From the NCBI RefSeq assembly GCF_000143415.4, contig NW_003314319.1, positions 320,115 through 384,114 of the forward strand: a DNA stretch of 64,000 bases, in the 5' to 3' direction. Positions 36,075 to 49,203 of the stretch are shown piece after piece. Each line of letters starts with the position of its first letter. The first letter of the stretch is position 1. Made by a program: the position numbers and the translations under genes. Source of the stretch: Selaginella moellendorffii (taxonomy: Eukaryota; Plantae; Lycopodiophyta). A model generated the notes under the pieces. That model was given only the letters and a program-made list of their open reading frames with translations, ran no database searches and was not told the origin of the DNA.

Positions 36075-36751
36075 CATTCCAGGTAACTCAAGGCACCTCC
36101 ATCACAGGCGCCAACACAACCCCAGAATCCCCGGGAGGCCAGCGCTTCGACTCTGTCATGGGAGTAGATGGAGCCCTCTCCATCCTCGCCGATGCCATGG
36201 CCTTCGTCCAGCTTGGCTTCGAGTATATGAGCCCCGACACACCCAAGAAGGAGATTGACACCATCCACTTCACAGTGGACGGCATGCCTGGGGTGGCCTA
36301 CGCCATTGGTGTGGAGATCCATCTCAGCGCACAGTTTGTTGCTACTTTCACTGGAGACTTGGTTTTTGAGCTCCGAGGCGTCTTGTACCACGAGATGACT
36401 CACATTTGGCAGTGGTTCGGCAAGGACGGGAGCCGGGCGCCGCAGGGACTGATCGAGGGGATTGCCGACTTTATGAGGCTCAAGGCTAAGCTAGGTGTGT
36501 CGACCAATGGGTTTGTGGGGTCGGGGAGCCACTGGGACGAGGGGTATACCGTGACTGCACTGTTTCTAAACTATGTCAACGATCTCTATCCCAGCTTTGT
36601 GGCAGAGCTTAACAAGAAGCTCTATGACGGGTGGAGTGAAAACTACTTCCAGGATCTGACTGGAAAGAGTGTGGATCAGTTGTGGAGCGATTACAAACTG
36701 AACTTTGTTTATAGATTTTGTCTGAAGAATGGAACCAAATTGTCATTATGA
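36075..36751 (+). pseudogene. 5'-truncated basic secretory protein (BSP/PR-17) copy
   Basis: Nearly identical to 59746-60414 from FQVTQG onward, but lacks the ATG and signal peptide, and a small 3' deletion alters the C-terminus. Confidence 0.85.
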
Positions 36752-37615
36752 AATATACATCAATTAAGAGTCTTAGATAATGGTAAAACTAAATAGCCCT
36801 TTAGCTATTACAACCTAAATTTATAATTAAAGAGTTTATAAAGAGTAAATTATTATAATTGAATACTTTAGATTATTTTTTGGATTGTTTAAGCAAACCT
36901 GTAAGTTATAAATGTATTTATGATTATTGATCATTTAGATTATTCAATAATAGTAAACAGGAATGACACTATTATAACCAAACATTGCTACATGCATAGT
37001 GCAGCTATTAAAAATGCAAAATAATGAGAATTTTAATGGTTTGTTTAATATTCAAGATAATATACTTTAAAACTAAAGCATTAGTGTTAGTAAATAGATT
37101 TTGTATTTGTCTTTGGGCAACTTGCCATGTGGCAATCTTCATTATAATTTTTTTCCTATGCTCTCTCTATTTTATAGTTAGTTAATTATTATTTACTTTT
37201 TGAGTTTCTAATCTTTCATGTAATTTATTATCATGAAGATTATTGTATACTGCTTCTAATCACTTTATCTACCAAAAGAAGTCTTACACTGTATTTAATC
37301 TCACCAAATTAAATAGTAAATATTTGCTAATGATTGTTACAATTTTTTCCTTTTTGATCATATATATTAATATCCATTGCATACAAGAGAATCTCATGGT
37401 CTTTCTTTTGCATGATTATCTGTCTTATTGAGAAATTATCCCATAAAACATCAACTATTGATGGGCTGGTTTGACTTTGCATTTAAAATAATAACTCAAG
37501 TGAGTAATTGCATATAATCTAAAATTTTTAGGCTAATCGGATTATGCGTAGAAGTTTACTATTCATTTCAGCAGCTTGTAGAAGTTTTACTTTTCATTTC
37601 AGCAGCTAACATCTA

Positions 37616-39282
37616 TTAATCAATTAATCTCTTTCGAAGAGTGACACTATAAAACTTTGTTGTTCTAATGGACAAGATCAAGCTCACAATGGATGCAAAC
37701 AAACACACTCCAGCCATTACGAAAAAGGTTGTTCTGTAGCAATGTGGTCCATGGCAAAGGAGCTCATCACCATCCAAACTTCCATTGCTCGGTCCAAGCT
37801 TACTCTCGCAGTCGTATAAAACTCCTGCCACCCGGACGGACAAAACATAAGTTCCCAGAGCCTTAGCGACGTAAGTTACATTTTGGAGCGTCCCATAGAA
37901 CCTGAGCCCGAAGATCTCCGCTATCATGGTGTAAAGAACCGACCACTGGCCACCGATTGACAGCCCAATCAAAACCCAGCCGTAGAAGAGCGCTCCGGGA
38001 AGCCCAAGAGCGATTATCAAGCTCCCAAGCGACAGAAGCAAGAGAACCAGGCACAGGAAGAAGGGCCTTGCGACGCCATAGCTGGCGAGGCATATGTCCG
38101 AGATGAAGCCAACGCCAACGCCACCGTTGAAGTCCCAGATGCTAAGGAGGGCGATGAAAGTGTTTGTTCCGGCCTGGGAGTAGCCAAGGGACGTTCCAAT
38201 CTGGCCGAAATTGTTGGTCACGGTTAGCACAGCGCCAATGCCACAGGTTGAAGCCACGAAGATGAGAAACATGTCGATGCTACAGAGCGCCTGGAGGATT
38301 GTGAAATCGTCTCCTCGCTTGACGGGCGATCCTTTAAAGAAGAAGATCGAAATGTGCGAGGCGATGGCTGGAGCAGCGGCGTCTGCCCCATGATCCGGAG
38401 GATCTACGTCTTGATAATCTGTTTGAGGAGTTTCTATCGCTGCGTTCTCCACTAGATCAACATCAACTTCTTCGCGAAGGCGATGCCGGAGGGTTTTGGA
38501 TTCCTGTCTCAGAACCACAAGAACTGGGATGGAGAGAATGATCAGCATAATGGAAAAGAAGGCCTTGATGATCCGAGACTCTAGGCGCACGAAGTGCTGG
38601 AGGATGATATAGCCATGAGATATCCAGCCAGGATCAAAGTTACTGACAAGAAGACGAAGAGCGTTCTCGAGTCATTGTAGCGACCGTCGAGTGGGACGGA
38701 TCGAATGGAAAACGCGAAGAGAAGGCACAAGAGTGATGGAAACCAGGCCAGCAAGAGAACGAATGAATCGTCATTGCGAGAGAAAAAGGCCTGGTAAAGC
38801 AGCGTGAACATCGCAACGCTCAATCCCTGCGTACTGTCGAGAAGACTAAGAACCATGCCCTGGTTCTTGGGGAAATTCTTGGCACAGGCCACAAGAACAG
38901 CGGTGGTGGTGAAGGCTGCCGATGCGCCGATCATAAAGAGATAGAAGCACAGTTCCCAGACATGGGGTTGTGCTATTCTCTGCGTTGTAGCCAGCCATAT
39001 CGTGAAGTATCCAGCAAAGTTTAGCGCGAATCCAAGGAGGAGCACGACCCAGGGCCCGGTGAGATCATAGAGGAGGCCGGAGAGAATCCCGACGCTGGTG
39101 CCAACGTCCTTAAATAAGCTTATGGTGTTGATATTTTTTTGGTTGTAGTCGAGGGACAGCTTGAGATGCTGCGAGAAGAGGCTGAAGTTGTTGAGTGCTC
39201 CTCCCGTGGAGATCATGAGGAAGAAACTTGCCAATGCAACCATCCATTGACTGTTGTAGAGGTGTTTGATCGTCCCAACCAT
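37616..39282 (-). pseudogene. Nodulin-like MFS transporter (NFD4-like), frameshifted near 38610
   Basis: Two overlapping ORFs (233 aa + 324 aa) with FKDVGTSVGILSG, AKNFPKNQGMV, RGDDFTILQAL, EIFGLRFYGTL and CHGPHCY. Confidence 0.88.
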
Positions 39283-39811
39283 GATCCTAAGCTAAACTTT
39301 AGATTGAAATAAGAGTGGAGAGCATATATATTTAAAGGAAGAAATTCAAATCGAAAGAGAACATATTCACTGTCTTAGTTTTTCTACCCGGCTCTTTCAG
39401 AAAGAAATTGTGTCCAAGCAGCGCACAACAAGGACTGAAGACCAGGAAGATCTGCAAGATGTAGCTCTAATTTTCAATCGTGGCATTCTTGCATCCATCA
39501 GTCTCATGCTTACAACTATCTATTTATGTTATTTCGGTAATCTTGTGACTGATGGATGTAGAAAATCGAAGCCGCGATGTCGGCTCCCTCCTTCGCTGCT
39601 GCTGCCGGCTTCGTCGCTTACTATCCAGAGTCTCGAAAAAGAAAAGACGTGATGTTTTAAGGAATTGAGGCGATGGCCAGGTGGGCTGCCACCTAGAAAG
39701 AAGGTCTTTCGCGGCCACCAACTTGGACTTTAACATCATGAAAAATCAACTATATAAACCCACCAATTCTATGCAACCTCATTCATCTTGTTTCCTCCTA
39801 ATTTTGTAGCT

Positions 39812-41036
39812 ATGCCTTCCTTTGTTGCAAATGTCAATCAGCAGACTGATGTTCTTCCAAAGGGTGTCAAAGCTCTCATGGATAATGGCCTCGTTACCAT
39901 TCCTGGCCGTTATATCAAACCTCCCAGCCACCGAGCTGTGAAGCATTTGATCGTTCCTGGAGTGGAGATCCCTGTGATTGACATGGCTGCATTGGAGAGT
40001 GACCGAGAGAAATTTGTTCAAACTTTGTGCAAGGCTTCGAGTGAATGGGGCATCTTTCAGGTATTTTGATGTGTACCTGCTCAAAAGGATCATTCATAAT
40101 ATGATGTCACATGCAGGTGATCAACCACGGGATTCCTGTTGCAACCATGCAAGGCATGGTCCATGGAGTGCTTGAGCTCTTTGATCTTCCTATTGAGGAG
40201 AAGATGAAGTATTATACGGAGGAGGTGTTTGTGCCCGTGCGGTACTGCACGAGTATGACACCTTCTCAAGAGACTCATATGGAGTGGCACGACCACTTTC
40301 AGCACTACTTTTCAAACAGAGAAAAAGAGCATCCATGGCCGGAAAAACCAGCCTGCTACAAGTAAATGAGCTTGACTAATCTGGATTTCATGAGATTGCT
40401 TGGTTTCTTGGATATTGCAGGAGGCTCGCTTCCAGCTATGTTTCAAGCGTGAGACATCTGAGTCAGACTCTGATGTCTGCTTTGTCTGAAGGACTCGGGC
40501 TGGATTCAAACTGCCTCGCGAAATCGTTTGGAGACTCGGAGATGATCTTGCGATCAAATTACTATCCGCTGTGCCCAAATCCCGACCTTGCTCTTGGGAT
40601 GAATGGCCACACCGATAGTGGCGGTTTGACAATCCTGTTTGAAGATCAAGTTGGCGGACTCCAGGCCAGGAAAGGTGATCTCTGGTACGACTTGAAGCCT
40701 ATAAAGAATGCATTCATTGTGAACATCGCTGATCAGCTTGAAGTAAGTGACTTGGATTGATTTTTATCATGGCTTTGTTCTTTTCCATGCCAGATTTTGA
40801 GCAATGGAAAATACAAGAGCATTGAGCACCGAGTCCTTGTCCAGCCTGATCAAACTCGTCTCTCCATCGTGGCATTTTGCAATCCATCACGGGATGCTGT
40901 GATAGGACCCCTGCCAGAACTTATTGATGAGCAAAACCCGCCACTCTACAAGTCAACCTTATACCAAGAGCACATCACAAATGTCTACACAAAATATTTG
41001 GATGGCAAGCATTCACAAAAGCTCCAAATAAACTAA
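39812..41036 (+). CDS. 2-oxoglutarate/Fe(II)-dependent dioxygenase (DOXC class), 4 exons
   Basis: Exons 39812-40060, 40117-40361, 40421-40742, 40794-41036. Motifs IPVID, WGIFQVINHG, NYYPLCP, HTD, SNGKYKSIEHR and RLS are intact. Confidence 0.93.
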
Positions 41037-41459
41037 ACCAACGAGCTGTTAACTAAATAAAATAATACAAATAATAAATCTTCTCGCCATCCCCCTGTCA
41101 AGGCAGCTCAGTTTCGCAAGATCTGATCCAGGGTCGAGCTCCTTGCCTTATTTTATAAGAGAGAACTGTCTCCAAAGATCTCTACAAAGGCAGGATGCTC
41201 CACAGCTCCATTCTTGCTTCGCCGTTGCTAAGTTCATTTAGTGCTCATGTACGTGGAACTGCAGCAGGCCTGGAGATCTTCAATATCTACTAGCTTGAAA
41301 GATCTATTGTGTTCCTAAACTCTCCAGGCCGAGACACCCCATTATCACGTCGAAGACCCTTCAAGCATCCGTGAAGCTTTGCAATCATGGATCAGTGATG
41401 CATGGAAGAGGTCCTAGCTCTAGAGGCCCTGGAAGCGCCAAAGTGAAGCAAGTCCAAGA

Positions 41460-41713
41460 GTGCATTGGTGGACAGGTTCACGGCCGAGGCAACCCAGCTG
41501 CGAATCAACAGTCATGGACAGTGCACTAGTCGTCTATATGAATTGCTTGGCATCATTTGGCCACCTCATCTCACTGAATCTCAGCACCAATTCACTCTCT
41601 GGCACAATCCTTAGATTGCTGGGTGATATTCCAATGCTATGGACGACCTTGAATCTTGATGCTCAACTAAATCTGCAAGATCATTAACAAGGAGATTCCA
41701 AAATCTCTAGAGA
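41460..41713 (+). pseudogene. Plant extracellular LRR gene fragment
   Basis: LISLNLSTNSLSGTI..LG; no complete gene. Confidence 0.7.
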
Positions 41714-42535
41714 ATCTCACAATCAAACTTGCCTAAAGCATTGGCCCACCAACCTTATTTCCCTCTTAAGTCGGGTTGTGATAACAAGTGTTTCATTGCC
41801 ATATTATTCGTGTAAACTTTGAAGTGTCTCCCAAGGTAATGTCACCACTCCTTGAGTGTTTTGATCACCGCAAATAATTTCTTCTCATGGGTAGGCCACT
41901 TTTGCTAAGCTTTCTTCAACTTCTTTGAGAAGAACATTATCTTGCTTCAAAACTGTGCCTAACGCAAAGTTTGAAGTATCCATTTCTACCTCAAAGTCTT
42001 TACCAAAGTTTAGTAATGCCAACACAGGAGCCTTCCTCAACTTCTTTTGAGATGGATAAATGCCACCTCGCTGTCCATACCATTTTCCCTTTTCCTGTTT
42101 AGTCCATTAAAGGTAGGGGTATTTTTAAATAGTGTTTGAAAACTTTCAGTAGTAGTTACATAACCCTAACAATGCTCTTAATTTGTGTACATTCAATAGT
42201 TATTCCCATTCCTAGATCGCTTAGACCTTTTCAAGATCCACCTTGAGCCCATCTTTGCTTACCACATGCCCAAGAAACTTTACCTCTTATTGAGAAAAGT
42301 TATATTTGTTCGTTTTAATATATAGTTGGTGTTCTTTTAATTTCTCAAACACCTTCGTCAAGTGTTCAACATGCTCTTCTAGCGTCTCGCTATAAATCAA
42401 GATATCTGTCAATGTAGATGACCACAAAATGCTTTAGGTAAAGTACAAAAATGTGGTTCATCAATGCCGAGAACGTTCCTAGTGCATTGCACAGCTTAAA
42501 GGGCATCATTAGAAACTCAAAACTTCCATTCTAAA
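41714..42535 (-). mobile_element. Decayed gypsy RT/RNase H fragment
   Basis: Minus strand reads FEFLMMPFKLCNALGTF, VVIYID.., KFLGHVVSK, FEVEMDTSNFALGTVL and THEKKLFAVIKTLKEW. Homologous to 49205-49460. Confidence 0.85.
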
Positions 42536-43279
42536 TCTAAAATCGTATGTGTCAAATGATGTGTAAACTTTCTCAAAGCTAGAGGTGCAAGTAGTAGCAG
42601 TGAAGGACCTTTCAGACAGACTCCACGTCTGGGAGCCATAGTGACGGACCATGACAGCATTGCTGGCTTAAGTGTTCCCATCAACACCATGCCCATGATG
42701 GTGTTTATCAGGTGAATCTCCCACTGTTTGTATGCGTTCTATATATGCTTTTGTTTATACAGGTCTGTGTTTCGTGCTTTGAGGGAGAGTGAGTGTGCCC
42801 GTGTACTCGGGCTGTTCCCGTACCTCCAAGTTTGGCACAACCTCAGCATGAGCCAGGCTACACCATGTGCAATCGATGGATCTGATGAACCTCCGCGCCC
42901 AAAACCAAAACACTAATTGCGTATATGGTGTGGTATTAATTCCATAAGGAAACGTGTGAAGTTAATAAGTATATAAGCTGTCCTAGATAAATTTCCTTGA
43001 TTATTCCTTGGTCACGCTCTCTCCAAAAAATCAAATCATCAAAACGAACCTGGAAATTTGGTTGCAGATAAAAATAATGGAAACTCTGTATGTGAATCGC
43101 TGTGGAGAATTCGACAATGCAGCATGTCAGGTGGCTACGCTCAGAGCAAGCAAGTTACGGAAAATGTAGACTGCAAATGCAATGCTGGCAGCATACGAAC
43201 CATGCTGGCTTGTAACCTCTTCCTAGACCATTCTCATGCTATGCCCTGGCTGAAGCTGTATTAATCTTCCAAGGGAAGG

Positions 43280-44180
43280 GATGCTATGGTCTTTGTGCGC
43301 CTGTTGCAGCCGCCTGAGAAACCTTCCAAAGTATGACAGCCGACATCCACATTCAACCGAATTAGTTCTGCATGGTCGATCTGTTCGGTACAACACGACT
43401 TCTGTTTGTTCCCAAAGGATATCTATGCCTGGGAGATCCTACCCGCCTCCTGTACAAACATGCTGGCCCAGCACTAATATGTACGTGATGCTCGAGAAGC
43501 AGAAGCCAAATGTGCTCACTGCTGCTGCTGTAATATCTGTCTCAGTGCATTTACAATATGAGGAACCGTTGCCGGACCCGGCTGCACCCATGCTCGTTTT
43601 TAACTGTGCCATTTGAAGCTGAAACGCCTTCTTTCCCAACCGGGTTAAGCAATCCGGCGGTTCTATCCGCAAAAATCTTAGGTGTGCCGCCAGCTGCAGT
43701 GCCCTGGAACAAGATCAGGAGAGAGATTTTATAGGGTATTGACATGGTTAAATGGGGAGCTGGAACACCATAGCCTCAATTGAGATTCTTCAGTATGGAT
43801 TGACAATGCACCAGATGCTCCATTCCTTTGTTCAGCACTAGCTGTCACAGCTCTGTGGATCCGGCTGGCTCGAGAACGCCTTTCTTGGCCTTTGCCCCAC
43901 GAACCGGTTCGAAATTGCTGCGAACATAGAGATGCCAAGCGACTCTCAGGCGTCTTGATCCTGGAGAAAATCGAAAGTCAAGTTACAAACATATGCAAAC
44001 AATTGGATGAAATCGAACCTCAGCCCAGACGCTGCTGCATTCGGCTTTTCAAATAAACTGTATCTCTTTTAGTTCTGGCAAGGCCGAGACCAGCAGCCGG
44101 CTCTCCGGAACGAATATCCGAATGAGAACGAGAAGCCTGCCATCCCTAGGGCTTAACGAGCAGACTTGTAAATCTCGAAT
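43280..44180 (-). other. Possible spliced gene remnant of unknown product
   Basis: GT..polypyrimidine-CAG intron-like segment (~43961-44018) and short GC-balanced ORFs. No recognisable domain. Confidence 0.25.
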
Positions 44181-44884
44181 ATGGCGGATCCAGGTAGCTG
44201 CATTTGGCTTCGTGCTGCTGGAAGCGGCTGTGCTGTGTCCAATGCTGGGTGCCTTCGTGTCCTGCCCAAAGGGTCACCGTTTCAAGATCTGCGCTTCATG
44301 CGGGCAACAAAATAAGGCTGGTCTTGTCTCCCACGAGCTCACTCTACTGGTATGTGCTTCAATTATCTGCATTTCTCGTGGACTTGAGTGTAAAGCTCCT
44401 CAGGATTCGTCTGATTGTAGGATCTTTGCTGCTCATGGAGCTTGCTGTGCTGGTGCAACTATGGGTGACCATCAAGCAAGAAAAGAGACAGCACTTTTCA
44501 GTGAAGCTGGAATCGATGCCGCAATTCTGGTGAATGCTTCCAGCTTGCTTCCTTTGTTCTTCTTAAAAGAGCGTCCAGGGTGCATGGATGCAGAAGGACC
44601 GGACCCAGCGATCAGTCAACTGACAAGTCTCAAGGACATCCTGGTATTGAAATAGAAGACGATATGACTTGTTTCGTCTTGTTGCACTGTGTTGAAAGAT
44701 CACGCTGACTTGACGCTGTTTGCAGATCCAGCAAACTTACGGCCCCATAGCACTAAATTCAAGAGAGACCTGGATGCTCGTGCAAAAGAAGAAGAGGAAC
44801 TCTTCTACGTACGTTGGAACTCAGGCGTTCTCATACCGGGTATGTCAGGATTGCTTCGCTTATCTTCTCTTTTCCGCTTGTTTT

Positions 44885-47001
44885 CTAAATCACGAGTCCG
44901 CTTAACAGCTCGGTTCCCAATCTCAACTTGCCGAGGCTTCTGCAAGCCGCCAGCACGGCCCTCCACACCACAGCATCGCCCTCCACTGGAGAGCTTACCA
45001 CGAAACGTACCATCTCCTCAAACTTCCCGGCTCGCCCTAGAAGATCGACCATGCACACGTAGTACTTCGCAGCGGGGGCGATCCCATAGTTGCTCCTCAT
45101 CGACACAAAGCTGCAGTGAGCGTCCTAGAGCCCGGCGTGGCTACACGCCGAGAGGACGCTGACGAAGTTGATGGAGTTTGGCATGGTGTCGGATCCCATT
45201 TGCATCACTCGGAAGAGCGTGAGAGCTCGCACCGCGTGGCCGTGGCGATCGTAGGCTCCCACCATTGCACTCCAGGTTATCACGTCTTCTCTTCGCAGCT
45301 GGAAGAACAGCGTCCAGGCTCCCGTATTTGCTGTAGAGATTGAGCACTGCGTTGCCGAGTAGAACGTCCAGCTCCACTCCCCTCTCGCAAATCCAGCCGT
45401 GGACTCGCTTGCCATCTTTCAAGGAGGAGATCTCCGTGCAGGCAATGATAGCGTTTACGGAAGTGTGGTTGTTCATCCGGAATCCTTCTAACTGCATGTG
45501 TGAATCGAGTACGATTTTTCCATGCTGGTACTGTACGTAGATCGTGATCAAGGCTTTCCACGACGTCGCATCCTTGTGAGAGATCTTGGCGAAGGCTTCT
45601 CGTGCATCAAGCAAGCTCCCACACTTTGCAAACATGTTGACGAGCGCGTTCCCCACGATCTTGTTAGAGGAGTCATAGCCGGACTCCACGGTGAATCTGT
45701 CGGCCCCCGCGCAGAAACGCCGGGGACGAGCACGCATTGAGCGCCGCCAGGAGAGTTACGTTGTTCGGCCTCACGCTCTCTAGCTGCATGCGCCAAAGAA
45801 ACACCATCCCCTGCAGTCCTTTTCCATTGCCTTGCTCCGCGAGAGCTGCAATGATCGACGACCAGGCGACTGCGTCTGGACAATCCATGCTCTGGAAAAC
45901 TCTCCTCGATTCAAATGCGCTGCCACACCTCCCGGGAATACATGGTTATCAGCGTGTTTCCTACAAATGGGACGCTCTGGAAGCCACACTCTTCGATCAA
46001 ACCGTGGACAAAACATCCAGCCTTGAGGACGCCGCAAGCCTCTAAAACCGCCACGAAAGCTCATCTGGCTCGACACCATTGAGCAGCATCAGACAAAAAC
46101 ACTCGAGGGAAGACCTCGTTTCCTCGTGTTCTACGTAAGCGCTGATCATGGCAGACCATGCAAACTTGTTCTTGCAGCTCATCCGCTCAAAAATCTCTCG
46201 CGCTTCCGCAAGGCTGCCACACTTTGCATACATATGAACAAGGCTCGTTCCGGCTGTGACGTCCGTCTCATGGAGAACATCCTCCGGAAGACAAGAGTGA
46301 ATGAGTCTGCCGGTCTTCAGGAACATTGGGCCGCAGCAAGCCTTGAGGAGTGTAACGAATCCGATTTTTCCAATCTTGACGCCCTCGAGCTGCATGACAA
46401 AGAGCATTTTCACTGCATCCGACTGATGCCCATTTTGGGCATATGCTGAAACAATGGCGTTCCAAGACCCTGTGTTTCGGAAATACATTCTATCTAAGAA
46501 AGCTCTGGCTTGGTCGATTTGGCTGCATTTTCCATACATGTTGATAATCTCATTTGAGATTATCACATTCTTCTCCAGCCCACGATCCGCTATTATTTTG
46601 TGTACCACAATGCCCCCTGCGAGAGCGCCGTGTGTGGGGCAAAGATTGAGCGCTGGCAAGAGGGCGGTTTGATCCGGGAGAATTCCCTGCTCCTCCATCT
46701 CGTTCAGCAGGCCAACAGCCCCTCCGATTGATCCACATGAGCCGTGAGCCGTGATGAGCGCGCTCCACGAGAGAGAGCTCCTCTTACTCGCGTCAAGGCT
46801 TTGGAACACAGCCTTGGCATCGTCCAAATGCCCGCACTTGCCATACATGTCGATGAGGTGATTCGCGAGACGCCCATCCCTTTCAAGGCGGCCCAGACGG
46901 GAGATATGGGCGTGGAGCTTCCTACCACCATCGACCAATCGCAGGGATGTGCAGGTGAGGAGGAGATGGATGAGCTCTTCCGGCTCCAGGCGATCTGGCA
47001 A
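44885..47001 (-). pseudogene. PLS-class PPR pseudogene (several frameshifts and stops)
   Basis: Fragments NHLIDMYGKCGHLDDA, SLVHMYAKCGSLAEA, NALVNMFAKCGSL, FVSVLSACSHAGL and YVCMVDLLGRAG..VWRAVLAAC occur in different frames. Confidence 0.9.
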
Positions 47002-47429
47002 AGATTAAGGGCATACGAAAACAAAGAAGAGAAAGAAAAGGAATGTAGAGAGTATCAATCCTAGTGCCTCTCGCATGCTAATTGAGCGCTCTAGTAGACT
47101 TGGTGGTGAGATTTTCTCTTTGTCCCGAAAGTTTTCTCTCGCATCCTTGGAATCCTTCCATCTTTGCGATTTCTCTCTCCTTTTGCGATTTGTTTCTAAA
47201 ACTTTCTTTTTTGCAGGTGCCACCCTTTGTTTTTCTCATCGTTTTGATTAACAATGGGGTCTACCTTTAGGAAAGATGCCGGAAAAATAAAGTAAATAAC
47301 TGTTTTATCATCTGTCTTATTGAGAAACTATCCCAGGAAACATAGACAATTATTCAATGGGCGAGTTTGACTCTACATTTGAAATAATAACTCAAATGAT
47401 ATAAGGAGGAAATGAAAAACATAAAGAAA

Positions 47430-47461
47430 ATGGCAATTTTTCTCCTCATTATCCTAGCAAC
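47430..47461 (+). pseudogene. Orphan 5' end of the BSP gene (MAIFLLIILAT) with its upstream region
   Basis: atggcaatttttctcctcattatcctagcaac is identical to the reverse complement of 60383-60414. Confidence 0.9.
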
Positions 47462-48240
47462 GGAAGAAACTGTGTCAGGCAGGGAGACTTGAACAAAGAA
47501 AAGTTTTGCTTCTTTCAGTCGGCCATTTTGGTTGTAGACATTGAGCATAATGTTGCATGATCTGGTGTCAGGGTTCAGGATAGAGGCAAAGATCTCCAAG
47601 ACCTGCTGCAGTTCCTTGTGAGCCCCATACCTAAGCACCAGGAAGTTGCAATGGCACAGATTGGAAACAAGCATGGAGCTGTGGAGCCTGCTGCCCTCCT
47701 GGCACATGCCTTGAGACGGTGTCCCAGTTTCTCCACAGATCCATTGCACCATGGGCTCTTGCTGGAGCTGCCATATTGTGGTGAGAATCTTTCTGAATCC
47801 TTCAACAATCATATGATAATATATTCTGGTATATGTTCCAAGATACTAGGGTTCTCTCAGGCATGGATTTCCAAGCAGCCATTCGTCCCAAATGCCACGA
47901 GCTCTACATTCCATGAGATGACACAGTGTTTTGGACCTGCAAGACTTGAGCGAGGTGCCCCGCTTGAGAAAACCCTGAAAGTAGTGAGTTCCATGAAAAT
48001 GGATCCGCATCAAAGCATGTTCATTTCTTCAACGTATCCAAGTTGGGCATTTGCTGCAACAATAGCATTCCAGGAGATGATATTGCAGAAAGGCATTTTC
48101 TAGAACATGATATTCACAGGATTAATGGAGCTGTTTTGTGCACCAGATGACATCAAAGCAGTCCAAGAGATCATGTTTCTTTTGATCAAACATAAACTTT
48201 GTGTGATCAACACATTGTTTTGACCATAGGTTGACATTGC
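47462..48240 (-). pseudogene. Decayed PPR fragment
   Basis: DTRSCNIMLNVYNQNGRLKEAKLFF..PDTVS and ISWNAIVAANAQLGYVEE. Confidence 0.75.
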
Positions 48241-48255
48241 GATGTTCCACAACAC

Positions 48256-49203
48256 TTTAAGTGATTAATTTTTCCATTCTATTTTAGTCATTTAATTACA
48301 TTTCTGACGATTTAAAGGAGTCTTATTGACAATGTCTATAAATCCAATTTAGGACTTAAGATTTGCTAGCCTTGAGAATAACATCTATGCCACTCAACTT
48401 TTGCATTTGATCCAAATGCTCCATATGTTTGATCCCATGATTAACACCCAAAGGTATCACTAATATATTAATCTGTTACACTAAGGCCATGCCTATTCAC
48501 CTTTGCCGCATTGGTGGTCCAATACCCCTTGCATCTTAGTCCTATTTTTCCAAGATTGGTTATCCATCCATGAGTGGTTCTCCCAAATCCACTCTTCAAC
48601 ATCCTTAAGATGCCCACAAATATAAGGAACAACCTTCCCCAATATCCTTTTTTAGTCCCCACCATGTCCCTTTCTGTCTATGCCCGTGTTTGCCAACATT
48701 GCCACTAAATCAAGGCTTACAAGCTTGACCATTAAGTCCCACTATCGTTTAGGACTTCCTCACCATGTGGCCATATCTTTAGTCAGTACCCTAAAGGATT
48801 ACTCCTCTTCCTTTCCACAATTTAGGACTTTATGACAACATTTTGGAATACTATGGCCCTATATGAGCCTCATAGGTACTCTCCCCACCTTTTGCATTTG
48901 GGTGCTCTAGCCATGGGTTTAAAGTGAAGTTCCGTTGAGCCATGTTAGGTATCCAAGTAAGTAGTGCCACCCATGCTTGGATTGGGAGCATCGACTATTT
49001 GATCTCTTAGGGGAACTAAAGCCAACTCTCGAACACTTCACCAAACTACCTTGCTTGTTGGTTTGTATTCACTTTAGTCTTGAACTTCCTAGTGGTTATT
49101 TTATCACCCAACACCTAGGTACAGCCTTCTTAGGCCAAATTGACTCTACTAAGGTCCACCACTAAGGTACAACCCCCACACTCTCCCTACTATACTTTTG
49201 GTG
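48256..49203 (-). mobile_element. Truncated, older family D LTR
   Basis: Collinear with 20259-21205 but with many C>T and G>A changes. Confidence 0.85.

Larger units (their letters stand above)
36075..41713 (+). repeat. Duplication block A (inverted copy of 54838-60383)
   Basis: Mirror-image ORF sets. Coordinate sums are 96551 (MFS, 2OGD, LRR) and 96458 (BSP). Confidence 0.97.
43823..47461 (+). repeat. Duplication block B (inverted copy of 60383-64000; may extend further left)
   Basis: Identical mirror ORFs with coordinate sum 107823. Confidence 0.97.

Noticed and set aside
35895-36258. New N-terminus rescuing the truncated BSP copy
   Set aside because: Upstream ORFs are not in the BSP frame, and no signal peptide or clear splice route was found.
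44122-45162. 177-aa and 157-aa ORFs (and mirror copies 62661-63701)
   Set aside because: No recognisable motif. Their identity in both arms only reflects the recent duplication, not selection.
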